A stretch of DNA of 64,000 nucleotides from Thermoproteota archaeon (lineage in GTDB: Archaea; Asgardarchaeota; Jordiarchaeia; Jordiarchaeales; Freyrarchaeaceae): positions 1 to 64,000 of the forward strand of contig JAPDJY010000008.1 in NCBI GenBank assembly GCA_029258835.1, read 5' to 3'. The position numbers were made by a program, and so were the translations under genes. Under the pieces are notes generated by a model. The model saw only the letters and a list, made by a program, of their open reading frames with translations, was not told where the DNA came from and did no database searches. Shown here one piece after another: positions 1 to 8,560 of the stretch (position 1 is the stretch's first letter; every line of letters starts with the position of its first letter).

Positions 1-1170
1 AACTCCTCCTTTCCGTCCATTCTCCGTAAACAGCGCTAACCCCCTCCATCCAACCCACCTTTTATTACGTTTAAGAGCCACTTCTGCTGCAACTCGAGAA
101 AGAATCCTGCTTCTTTCCTTGATTTTCCATCCCGGTAGCTTGTTAGGCATCCTCGCCGCATACGTATGAGGCCTAGGCGTAAACATTGAAACGTTAACTA
201 TATCTGGCTCCGCCTCCCTTATCAAGCTTACCGTATCGTAAAACTGCTCCTCACTTTCTCCTGGAAAGCCAGCAATTACGTCTGTTGAAACCGTTAGCAT
301 AGGGTAGTTACTTCGGAATTCATCTAGCACCTCAAGAAATTGTTCACGTGTATACTTCCTATTCATGGCATTAAGAACCTCGTTGTTACCGGACTGAACA
401 GGTAAGTGAAGGAACTTGTAGATTTTGGGGTCTTCATACGCCTCGATGAGATCATCTAGCATTCGGATTGCGTGGTTAGGGTTCATCATGCCAACACGAA
501 CCATGAAGGCTCCGTCTAAACTGGTTATCCTTTTCAGTAATTCTGGAAGGCGAACCCCCATGTAATCATATGCCCCGGAGTCTTGGGAGGTTAGCCATAC
601 CTCCTTGCACCCCTCCTTCAGCCCCCTTCTAATTTCTTCGACTATTAAGTCGGGAGGGTACGGGTAAAGCTTCCCCCTAGCTACTCTAACGCAGCAATAC
701 GTGCATGTGCCTTGGCACCCCTCTGAAATGGGAACTATTGCAATTACAGGACGTATTCTTACCCGTGGAAGTCCAAGCCGTACTCTTTTTCCATCACTCA
801 TAAACTGTAAATTCTTCTCCCCTCTCTCAACCCGCTTAATTACCTCCACAATTAATTCTATAGCGTTCGGATCAACGAAAGCTGCATAGTCTGGCGCTAC
901 CCTAACTATTTTTTCAGGGCAAATCTTCGGGAGACACCCTGTCACGACCACCTTCTTCCCGCTCTTACATAATTCAGCTATTTCTCTGAGGCAGACATGT
1001 TCCGCATGCGTCTTGACTCCACAGGTGGAGATAATGACTATTTCTGCTTGCTTGGGTGATGGAGTAAGCGTATAGCCCGCCTTCCCGAGAAGGCCCATGA
1101 TCATCTCCGCTTCTGCCTGGCTCATAGAGCAACCGTGAACGATCACCGACACGTTCACCAATGGAAACAC
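1..1170 (-). CDS. MiaB/MtaB-family radical-SAM tRNA methylthiotransferase. The N-terminus is near 1170 (GTG at 1168-1170 or TTG at 1159-1161). The C-terminus lies at or just beyond the window start.
   Basis: The minus-strand translation gives an MTTase N-domain (…VSVIVHGCSMSQAEAEMIMGLL…), a radical-SAM CxxxCxxC motif (CQGTCTYCC), and a TRAM-like C-terminal region. It is absent from the ORF track because it runs off the window edge. Confidence 0.8.
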   Translation of the reverse strand, partial: MFPLVNVSVIVHGCSMSQAEAEMIMGLLGKAGYTLTPSPKQAEIVIISTCGVKTHAEHVCLREIAELCKSGKKVVVTGCLPKICPEKIVRVAPDYAAFVDPNAIELIVEVIKRVERGEKNLQFMSDGKRVRLGLPRVRIRPVIAIVPISEGCQGTCTYCCVRVARGKLYPYPPDLIVEEIRRGLKEGCKEVWLTSQDSGAYDYMGVRLPELLKRITSLDGAFMVRVGMMNPNHAIRMLDDLIEAYEDPKIYKFLHLPVQSGNNEVLNAMNRKYTREQFLEVLDEFRSNYPMLTVSTDVIAGFPGESEEQFYDTVSLIREAEPDIVNVSMFTPRPHTYAARMPNKLPGWKIKERSRILSRVAAEVALKRNKRWVGWRGLALFTENGRKGGV

Positions 1171-1171
1171 C

Positions 1172-1456
1172 TCACCCCCCGCTTACTGGAGGAAGTATCG
1201 CTATTACGTCGCCTTCCTTAAGGGGGGTCTTCAAGCCGCTTAGCTCATTTATCCCAACGCTGTTAACATAAATGGTAAAGTGCGGTTTTAGCTCTCCGTC
1301 ATCTGAGAAAAGATAGTTCTTCAGCGGTGAACCGTATTTTTCCACCAGCTTTTCAAGTACATCCGATAGTGTGGCTCCTTCGAGTACGTTAACGTCAACT
1401 TCCCTCGTCCCTAACAATTCTCTTAACGCCGCGAAAACCTTAACTTTCACGTTCAA
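1172..1456 (-). CDS. MoaD/ThiS/SAMP-family beta-grasp sulfur-carrier protein, 94 aa, with a C-terminal Gly-Gly.
   Basis: The sequence MNVKVKVFAALRELLGTREV…GDVIAILPPVSGG matches the MoaD/SAMP pattern and ends in GG. Its stop codon abuts the downstream methylthiotransferase start, which suggests translational coupling. Confidence 0.8.
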   Translation of the reverse strand: MNVKVKVFAALRELLGTREVDVNVLEGATLSDVLEKLVEKYGSPLKNYLFSDDGELKPHFTIYVNSVGINELSGLKTPLKEGDVIAILPPVSGG

Positions 1457-1590
1457 TGTGCCCTACCCCTCCCAACTTAAGTTAGCAAGTGAGCAAACAC
1501 CTTCCCTCTCATAGTTTCTAAACTAGAATGGAGAACTCTTAAATATAACTCAGCATTTCGGTTTTCCACAGGATTGCTGGAGGGAAAGCT

Positions 1591-2238
1591 GTGGAGGAAT
1601 TTAGCATTGTAAACGTTGAGGCAGACTTGATTAAAGCTAATGAGCGAATAGCGGAGGATGTAAAGGGTTTTTTCACCGAGAAAGGTATCAAAAGCTTCGA
1701 CATAGTTGGCGCCATAGGTGCAGGTAAAACATCACTTCTAGAACGCATAGTGGAGAAGCTTAAAGGTAAATATAAAATCGTAGTCATTACCGGGGATGTA
1801 ACTACTAGGATAGACGCCGATAGGATCGGAAGGCATGGGGTGGAAACATTCCAGATAAACACTGGGCGGGAATGCGCCCTCACAGCCGCTTTCCTCAAAA
1901 ATGCTTTACAAAGTGTACGGTTAGACAACGTGGACATCGTCTTCGTAGAGAACGTCGGCAACCTCATCTGCCCAGCTGACTATACGCTGGGATGCGATAA
2001 GAGAATAGTCGTCGTAAGCGTCACGGAAGGCCCGTACGTTATCAAGAAACACCCTCTACTGTTTAAAGGCTCAGACATTGCGGTCATAAATAAAATAGAC
2101 TTACGAAGCCTCGTCGATGCAGACCCTGAAGAAATGGTTAAGGACGCATTAGATATAAACCCAAAGATAAAAGTGCTTTTAACCAGCGCGAAAACAGGGG
2201 AAGGCATAGATGAGCTAATATCAGCCATGGGCCTCTAG
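1591..2238 (+). CDS. G3E-family P-loop GTPase, HypB/UreG-like metallochaperone paralogue. The HypB metal-binding CH dyad is replaced by CA.
   Basis: It carries a Walker A motif GAIGAGKTSLL, the ENVGNLICPA switch motif (HypB has IENVGNLVCPA), and an NKID motif. The region INTGRECALTAA corresponds to HypB INTGKGCHLDA. Confidence 0.7.
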   Translation: MEEFSIVNVEADLIKANERIAEDVKGFFTEKGIKSFDIVGAIGAGKTSLLERIVEKLKGKYKIVVITGDVTTRIDADRIGRHGVETFQINTGRECALTAAFLKNALQSVRLDNVDIVFVENVGNLICPADYTLGCDKRIVVVSVTEGPYVIKKHPLLFKGSDIAVINKIDLRSLVDADPEEMVKDALDINPKIKVLLTSAKTGEGIDELISAMGL

Positions 2239-2317
2239 CTCCAGTAACGGTCTTAACCAGGTTTTAGTGAAGAAGTTAAATGCCAAAGTGTTTTCCAGCA
2301 GCATCGCACCGCTCCAC

Positions 2318-2671
2318 TTACTCGATATGTTTTCTACGTGCTTCCCTCCAAAAGATGACCCTTGTCAAGATATACCACGAGTAAAGCCATAGAAGTATTA
2401 GAACGCCTGTCGCCGCTACCTTTAAGCTTCCACTCAAAACCTGCGCAACCATCACAGAAGGAGAAGAATTTAAAATAACCATCGTAAGCCACAATATTAC
2501 ATTTTTGGTGGACGAAAAAAGATGCCTGATGATCCTTATAACCACTTCAACTGGCAGCTCAAATGGAGCTATTAACACGTCTACCACGTAGAATATACCT
2601 ACAATAAACAGCCATACAAAGGTCATTATCATCAAAATGGGCAAAAGCCTTCTAACGTCCATTTTAAGCAC
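2318..2671 (-). CDS. Small integral membrane protein (hypothetical).
   Basis: 117-aa ORF with 3-4 hydrophobic segments. Confidence 0.4.
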   Translation of the reverse strand: MLKMDVRRLLPILMIMTFVWLFIVGIFYVVDVLIAPFELPVEVVIRIIRHLFSSTKNVILWLTMVILNSSPSVMVAQVLSGSLKVAATGVLILLWLYSWYILTRVIFWREARRKHIE

Positions 2672-3713
2672 CTGACATAAACGTTAGCAAAGCAGTGACT
2701 ACGGCGAGTATGCCGCTGTAAAGCGTTAGTATAGTAAATCCGTACACTACCTCTGGCTCGCGTAGCGCCCCTCTAGCTAGAACCATTCTCGCCAGTGTTA
2801 TAGGTGCTTCCTTGCTCAGGCTCGCCTCCAGCATTCCGTTATCTAGGAGGCGTGTGGGCCTGTCTTTAACGCTCCTACCCTCAACGAGCCGCTTCACGCT
2901 TGCCAAGTAGTAGAAGGAGTTCATTATGAAGGGGAGCAGCGCTATTACCGTGACGACTTCGAGTCCTCCTATTATAGCCACTCCTCCTATTACGGATCCA
3001 ACGAACAGCGATCCCGTGTCGCCCGAAAACACCTTCGCAGGGTACTTGTTAAAAGGATAGTAGGCTGCCAATGCCCCAAGCATCACGATTGAAACTATAA
3101 ACCCGACGGGGGAGCATAGGATGACGGAGGAAATAGCTATCGAAGAGAAAACTATTATTGTGGTTGCTGGCATAGCTCCGTTGAAGACGTCCAGCATGTT
3201 GACCGTGTTGGAGCACACGGCCATGTTTGTAGGAACGTAGAAGAGGTAAACGTACGTTAAACGTACACTGCCAACTATTGGCAAACGCGGCCTAGGCGTA
3301 AAAACAGGGTATAATGGGTAAATTGCTAAGAGTGGTATGCTTGAAAGCGCCGTTAGTAAAGGCTTAGCCTTGGGGCCAAGAGTTTTAAGGTCATCTATGA
3401 CTCCGACGAACCCTGCAAGGTTGGCTGACAGGAGCAGTGCTATGAGTTTCAAACGGATGTCTGTGTCTTCAAACAGGATGATCGAAAGCAGAATCCCCCC
3501 GTTAAATGCTAAAATAAGTGATAAACCCCCCATTTCCGGGATTAATGGTTTATCTAGTTTATGGGCGTCGACGCCGACGATCCCCCGTATTCTCATTTTC
3601 TCCATGAGGCAAGGTAAGGACAGCTTACAGATGAGAAAGGTTACTATGAAGGCGAGGAACAAGTATGCTACTTCAACTGGTGAGAGGAGCATCAGCTGCA
3701 TTCTCAGCACCAT
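2664..3713 (-). CDS. Glycosyltransferase family 4 (MraY/WecA/AglH-like) UDP-GlcNAc:dolichyl-phosphate GlcNAc-1-phosphate transferase.
   Basis: Polytopic membrane protein with the family motif …IDDLKTLGPKAKPLLT…. Confidence 0.7.
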   Translation of the reverse strand: MVLRMQLMLLSPVEVAYLFLAFIVTFLICKLSLPCLMEKMRIRGIVGVDAHKLDKPLIPEMGGLSLILAFNGGILLSIILFEDTDIRLKLIALLLSANLAGFVGVIDDLKTLGPKAKPLLTALSSIPLLAIYPLYPVFTPRPRLPIVGSVRLTYVYLFYVPTNMAVCSNTVNMLDVFNGAMPATTIIVFSSIAISSVILCSPVGFIVSIVMLGALAAYYPFNKYPAKVFSGDTGSLFVGSVIGGVAIIGGLEVVTVIALLPFIMNSFYYLASVKRLVEGRSVKDRPTRLLDNGMLEASLSKEAPITLARMVLARGALREPEVVYGFTILTLYSGILAVVTALLTFMSGA

Positions 3714-3722
3714 CGGCGCGTT

Positions 3723-4694
3723 TCAGCTTAGACTGGCCTTTCTCTTCGATTTTAAGCTTTCTGATATTGCCTCTGCAACCCTGAGGGCGCGAACCCCATC
3801 CTCTCCAGATGGTTGCGGCTGCCTGTTTCTCAATATGGATGAAACGAAGTGTTCCAGCTCAAGCCTTAACGGCTCCCTCCACTCACCTTTAGAGTTCATG
3901 ATCCATTCATCACTTTCAACCCGAACCTTCTGGGAGATGTAGTCTAACTTGACTATTCCACTATCACCGGTTATGGAAAGCTCTCTTACCTTTCTCGGCG
4001 TAAGCCAGTTCGCCTCCACCACGCATGTTAACCCATTATCTAGGTGAAGCAGTGCGGTCACATAATCCTCATACTTATGCCTCAAGCATCCTCCAGTAGC
4101 ATAGACCGAAACGACGGGACGCCGGAAAACGTAATGAATCAAGTCTATGTCGTGGATGGCTACGTCCTTAATGACTCCTACGTCTCCTACACGTTCAGGC
4201 CAGAAAGGTCCCACCCGCTTAGAAATCGCCATGACAGGCTCACCGATAATCCCCCTTCTCAAAACATCTATTACTTTTAGAACTCCCGGGTTAAACCTCT
4301 CAACAAACCCGACCATTAGAAAGACGCCTTGCTCCTTAACATGGGTTAAAAGGTCGATTGCCTCCTCAAGGCTGCTAGTCATAGGCTTCTCGACAAGCAC
4401 GTGTTTACCTGACAGCACACTTTTAACAGCTAACTCATAATGGGTAGAGGTGGGTGTACATATACTAACTGCTTCCATGTCCTCTTTTTTAAGGAATTCT
4501 TCTATATCTGAGTACCACTCCACACCGTACTCCTTACCGATCCTACGTGCCACATCCTCCCTGACGTCGCAGACGCCGACCAGCTCCGCCAGCTCTATGG
4601 ATGCAAAATTGCGAACATGATGCTTCCCCCATGCTCCAACACCAATAACTCCTACACCTAAACTCGTAAGTAAAACCCCCTCCAAGCCGAGCAA
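3723..4694 (-). CDS. Gfo/Idh/MocA-family NAD(P)-dependent oxidoreductase.
   Basis: N-terminal Rossmann motif GVGVIGVGAWGKHHVRN and a fold typical of the family. Confidence 0.7.
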   Translation of the reverse strand: MLGLEGVLLTSLGVGVIGVGAWGKHHVRNFASIELAELVGVCDVREDVARRIGKEYGVEWYSDIEEFLKKEDMEAVSICTPTSTHYELAVKSVLSGKHVLVEKPMTSSLEEAIDLLTHVKEQGVFLMVGFVERFNPGVLKVIDVLRRGIIGEPVMAISKRVGPFWPERVGDVGVIKDVAIHDIDLIHYVFRRPVVSVYATGGCLRHKYEDYVTALLHLDNGLTCVVEANWLTPRKVRELSITGDSGIVKLDYISQKVRVESDEWIMNSKGEWREPLRLELEHFVSSILRNRQPQPSGEDGVRALRVAEAISESLKSKRKASLS

Positions 4695-4696
4695 TC

Positions 4697-6469
4697 CTAT
4701 AACTTTAGCGGAGACGGCCTCTTTATGGCCTCAATCTCCCTCAGCGCCTCCAACTCATCAGACGTAAGCTCCTCTCTAAGTTCAAACTTAAACTTGTCAA
4801 TATGGCTTAGCGGCATACTCGTGTAGAGGACGTCTCCCTCATCTATCTGCCTTCCAACCGTAGGCCCCCTTATCGATATGGCAACCTGCTCGCCTTGCCT
4901 TGCATAGGGTTTAGCTTCACCCTTATCTTGTATCTGAAGGATCTCCCCCACCTCCTTGCCCTCCCTATTCATTAACCGGTACCTCGGCCTAATTTCGCCT
5001 GAAACGACCTCCACACCGACTATTGCAGGTTTACTCCGCCTGAACACGTATCCTGGCAGAATCCTTATCTTAGCCGGTTTTACCAGCCCTTCCATAGCCT
5101 GTCTCCTCATTTCTTCCCTCATCGCTAAAACCCACTCATTGTACTTCTCAAAGAGCTTGTAAATTATCTTGTCATAGAAAACCGTGACACCGAACTTCTC
5201 AGCTTCCTCTTCAGCGTCAGGCAGTATCCTAACGTTAAACGCTAGAATCACCGCACTTAGAGGGTCACGCTCCGCCACAGCCGCAGCCTCTAATACGTCC
5301 TTCTTGGCTACGTCCCCGATATCCGCAACCCTAACGGCAACCCCTCTCTCCCTAAAAAAGTTCACAAGGGCCTCTAAGGATCCTAAGGTGTCCGCCTTGA
5401 TAACCACTCCTACACGGTCAGTCCTTACCATTATACTCTCGATTTCCCGTTGAACTTCTTTTGCTATCTCCTCCACCTGCTCTGGGTCTCTTACCCCCCT
5501 CAAGGGAGCACCGGCAACAACTTTATCCAAGTTCGGCGCTGCGATCTTTACGCCTGCAGCCGCCGCAACCTCCTCAACCGAGATAAACCTTTCCCTAGGA
5601 TCCCTCATCTCATCTAAGGGCTTAGGCTGAAGCAAAGCCCGAATCCTAGTCGTCACAGCGCCATTAAGCCCTCCAGTAACCAGCAAGTCGTTCCTACGTA
5701 AAACTCCATCGTAGAGAATAACATCGATGGTAGTACCAAGTCCAGTCTCCTCTTTAACCTCCAAAACAACACCCTTGGCCTCACCCTCCGAGACGGTAAG
5801 CCGCTTCTTCAGGTACTGTTGCGCTAAGCCTGCGAGAACCACAAGTAGCTCAGCCACCCCCTCACCAGTCTTAGCACTGGTTGGAACGATGGCAACAGTC
5901 TTCGTAAAGTCCCTAACCCTATCAAACCTCTCGGAGTTAAACCCTGCACCGGACAACTCACCCATTAACTCATAAATTCTCTCATCCAGCATCCTTCTAA
6001 CGTAATCTTCCTGTAAATCAATAGCCTTAAGAAACGACCTCGACCCCGAGGGACGCCAACCGGGGATCAAATCAATTTTATTCGCCGCAACCAGAAAAGG
6101 AACACGCCGACTTCTCAAAAGATTAATGCACTCATACGTTTGGGTCTGGAAGCCTCGCACCACGTCAACAACTAAAACAGCAAAATCTGCCACAGCTCCT
6201 CCACGCGCCCTAAGATTAAAGAAGGCTTCATGACCGGGAGTATCTAAAACTAAAATGCCAGGAATAGTAAGCTTAATGTTAAACTTCTCAACTAATTCCT
6301 CAGCAAGATCTTCAATAACCTCCGTTGGGAGAAAAGACGCGCCGATATGCTGAGTAATCCCCCCTGCCTCCCTCAACTGAACACCTGTACCCCTAATAGC
6401 ATCGAGTAACGCTGTCTTCCCATGGTCAATATGGCCCAGCACCACCGCTATAGGTGATCTCAGCTTCAT
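4697..6469 (-). CDS. infB: Translation initiation factor aIF5B (IF-2 homologue).
   Basis: GTPase motifs VLGHIDHGKTALLD, DTPGHE and NKID. The length of 590 aa is normal, so no intein is present. Confidence 0.9.
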   Translation of the reverse strand: MKLRSPIAVVLGHIDHGKTALLDAIRGTGVQLREAGGITQHIGASFLPTEVIEDLAEELVEKFNIKLTIPGILVLDTPGHEAFFNLRARGGAVADFAVLVVDVVRGFQTQTYECINLLRSRRVPFLVAANKIDLIPGWRPSGSRSFLKAIDLQEDYVRRMLDERIYELMGELSGAGFNSERFDRVRDFTKTVAIVPTSAKTGEGVAELLVVLAGLAQQYLKKRLTVSEGEAKGVVLEVKEETGLGTTIDVILYDGVLRRNDLLVTGGLNGAVTTRIRALLQPKPLDEMRDPRERFISVEEVAAAAGVKIAAPNLDKVVAGAPLRGVRDPEQVEEIAKEVQREIESIMVRTDRVGVVIKADTLGSLEALVNFFRERGVAVRVADIGDVAKKDVLEAAAVAERDPLSAVILAFNVRILPDAEEEAEKFGVTVFYDKIIYKLFEKYNEWVLAMREEMRRQAMEGLVKPAKIRILPGYVFRRSKPAIVGVEVVSGEIRPRYRLMNREGKEVGEILQIQDKGEAKPYARQGEQVAISIRGPTVGRQIDEGDVLYTSMPLSHIDKFKFELREELTSDELEALREIEAIKRPSPLKL

Positions 6470-6740
6470 TCCCCTTCCACCTCTTCAATAATCCTAGAAA
6501 CAACTACTGAGGCCGGGAAATTTAAAGGTTAGTGAAAAAGATAGAAAACTAGTTTTCAACTCGCTTCATATCAACTTTAAGCGTGCTACGGGAAAACGAA
6601 CGTACCTTTCTAAAGACGTTTTGGAGTCCATTCCCCCTCAAACCTTAACAGGTTGATTTCGAAAACAGTTACACTTCCTTCATGGTTAATTTATTGATGG
6701 AAAACACATATGGTGCCTAGAATAGGTGCACATCAAAAAA

Positions 6741-6748
6741 TTTATTAT
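6741..6748 (+). promoter_or_regulatory. TATA box (tttattat) preceded by an A-rich BRE, about 28 nt upstream of tRNA-Lys.
   Basis: AT-rich box at the canonical archaeal distance from the tRNA 5' end. Confidence 0.5.
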
Positions 6749-6775
6749 GTTTGATTCAGAGTTTTTCTCTGACGC

Positions 6776-6874
6776 GGGCCGATAGCTCAGCTAGGTAGAG
6801 CGCCGGGCTCTTAACCCGGTGGTCGCGGGTGGGTGTTCAAAGCCCCGCGAATTCGAATCCCGCTCGGCCCGCCA
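6776..6874 (+). tRNA. tRNA-Lys(CUU) with an encoded CCA and a 22-nt non-canonical intron (6830..6851) between positions 53 and 54 in the T-arm.
   Basis: Acceptor stem GGGCCGA/TCGGCCC, D-arm GCTC-AGCTAGGTA-GAGC, anticodon arm CCGGG-CUCUUAA-CCCGG. The T-arm GCGGG/TTCGAAT/CCCGC forms only after removing 6830..6851. The intron folds as a 4-bp helix cgcg:cgcg, 3-nt bulges (ggt, aat) and a hairpin. Confidence 0.8.
6830..6851 (+). other. tRNA intron with a relaxed BHB (H-B-h') motif, located in the T-loop.
   Basis: Removal is required for the T-arm to form. H is 6824..6827:6846..6849, the cuts fall after the 2nd bulge nucleotide. Confidence 0.75.
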
Positions 6875-6937
6875 TTTACTCAGGTTTACTGGAGTGAGCC
6901 TGCTTTTCTAGCTTCTTTAGTTTGGAGAGTTGGCGTT

Positions 6938-8059
6938 ATGATGCGTACTTCTCGTTGTGTGATTGTAAAGCGCTTGATGGCTGAGCGAGCTCGCCGCTTT
7001 CTGGTTAGTTCCGGGCTTCTGGACCGTAGTCTTAAACCTGTGCCTGTCCGCGGCGTTCCCACCCCCTGTGAGGCTGCTTCAGACGTAGACGATGAAGGAA
7101 GTACTCTCGATTTTGTTATTTTCCCCGTTAAGCGTGCTCTTTCGAAGGGGGAGGAGGAAATGTTGAGGGAAATTGTTGGTTTTCTTCAGGTTTGCTCTTT
7201 CTCCTTCCCTGTTAGGGAGGTGGGTGGCAGGTTAGTAGACGTGCTTAGGGGTTATTTGCCTGACGACGCGTTGCCCTTTGTTCCCAGATCGTATGATATT
7301 GTAGGTGACATTGCTGTTTTAGAGTTGGCGCCGGAAGTTTGGGATTTTAGGAATGTTATTGGCGAGGCTGTTTTGAAGGTTAATAAGCATGTACATGCGG
7401 TGTTCGCGAAGGGGGGAAGAGTGAATGGAACCTACCGGGTCAGGCGTCTCGTTCACATTGCTGGCGAAACGAGAACTGTTACGTTTCACCGTGAGAACGG
7501 GTGTGTTTTCAAGGTTGATATTGAACATGCCTATTTTAGCCCTCGCCTGTCAGGTGAACACGCTAGGGTGGCTACCCAGGTTAGGAGGGGAGAAGTGGTT
7601 GTGGACCTGTTCGCTGGTGTTGGCCCATTCGCGATCTTGATAGCTAAACGGTATGGTGGAATTGTGCATGCCATTGATTTAAATCCATTTGCAGTGGAGC
7701 TTCTCAAAGAAAACATACGGCTTAACAAGGTTTCCAACGCTGTTTTCCCTTATTTGGGGGATGCAAGGCTCATTGTGGAGTCCTATTTGATGCATGTTGC
7801 TGACCGTGTGATCATGAACCTTCCAGGGATGACTTACAGGTTTATTGATGTCGCTTGCCTAGCCATGAAGAGAGATGGAGGAATTGTACATTACTACCAG
7901 TTTGGAAGGGGAAATAACGCGTGTGAAGACGCGGTTGAAACGTTGGAGAAAGGCGTTAGGGGTGCCGGCAGAAGGGTTAAGAAGGTTTTAACTGTTAGAA
8001 AGGTTAGGTCTACGGCTCCCAGAGAATGGCAGATAGTGGTCGATGCCGTAATAGAATGA
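6938..8059 (+). CDS. Trm5/Tyw2 (Met-10+)-family tRNA methyltransferase.
   Basis: Class I SAM-methyltransferase fold with N-terminal Trm5-like domains. The ORF-track start at 6833 overlaps the tRNA, so the ATG at 6938 is chosen. Confidence 0.65.
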   Translation: MMRTSRCVIVKRLMAERARRFLVSSGLLDRSLKPVPVRGVPTPCEAASDVDDEGSTLDFVIFPVKRALSKGEEEMLREIVGFLQVCSFSFPVREVGGRLVDVLRGYLPDDALPFVPRSYDIVGDIAVLELAPEVWDFRNVIGEAVLKVNKHVHAVFAKGGRVNGTYRVRRLVHIAGETRTVTFHRENGCVFKVDIEHAYFSPRLSGEHARVATQVRRGEVVVDLFAGVGPFAILIAKRYGGIVHAIDLNPFAVELLKENIRLNKVSNAVFPYLGDARLIVESYLMHVADRVIMNLPGMTYRFIDVACLAMKRDGGIVHYYQFGRGNNACEDAVETLEKGVRGAGRRVKKVLTVRKVRSTAPREWQIVVDAVIE

Positions 8060-8063
8060 CGGC

Positions 8064-8498
8064 TCACGCCCCCCTTCTCTCTACTACGAGCAGTATTTCG
8101 ACCTGTTGCGGTTTTTTAAGTTGCTCTACGAGCTTCCGGTCTAGGTCTGAGGCTGCCTTATCCGCCATGATCATTACCGTTCTTCCACAACAGTAGTTGC
8201 TTTTCCGCGCTACCATGTCCTTTGGATGCGTGAACGTCAGCTTCACGCTTCCTCGCCCCGTCACCTCTTCACGTAATCCTCCTGCTTTAATTATCAATTT
8301 GATTATGGCATCCCCACTCTTAGCTGCTTCTTTGAACCGCTTGCTTAGGGACGCCGCCCCCTTATTTGACGCCACGGCTACTATGCAGTCTCCTTTAGGG
8401 GTAAGTTCAGGATCTACCGTTACCTCAAGCGTTGACCTGTGTCTAGCGGTAACGTTCGGATGCCCTCTCGCTTTTACTTTCTCCACAATCCTGCTCAA
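8064..8498 (-). CDS. Hypothetical protein, possibly DUF371-like.
   Basis: 144-aa ORF with a conserved-looking HPNVTARHRSTLEVT motif. The assignment is from memory only. Confidence 0.35.
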   Translation of the reverse strand: MSRIVEKVKARGHPNVTARHRSTLEVTVDPELTPKGDCIVAVASNKGAASLSKRFKEAAKSGDAIIKLIIKAGGLREEVTGRGSVKLTFTHPKDMVARKSNYCCGRTVMIMADKAASDLDRKLVEQLKKPQQVEILLVVERRGA

Positions 8499-8560
8499 AA
8501 CTCTCCCTCAGCAAGTTTAAAGACCTACTTCTACAACAATTATTAATGTAAAAAATTTTT

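Noticed and set aside
701-889. ORF-track +strand ORF of 62 aa, and other short ORFs antisense to large genes (for example 1539..1967, 1980..2228, 3337..3942, 4044..4440, 5184..5975, 11024..12868, 19201..20367, 23836..24435, 28367..29334, 35782..36525, 39285..40767, 49790..50595, 51502..52032, 55001..56467, 62735..63604).
   Set aside because: They lie entirely inside, and antisense to or out of frame with, well-supported conserved genes. They have low-complexity composition and no start context.
6833-6937. The N-terminal 35 aa of the ORF-track Trm5 ORF (MFKAPRIRIPLGPP…).
   Set aside because: It overlaps the tRNA-Lys gene and its 3' flank. The conserved protein begins at the ATG at 6938.
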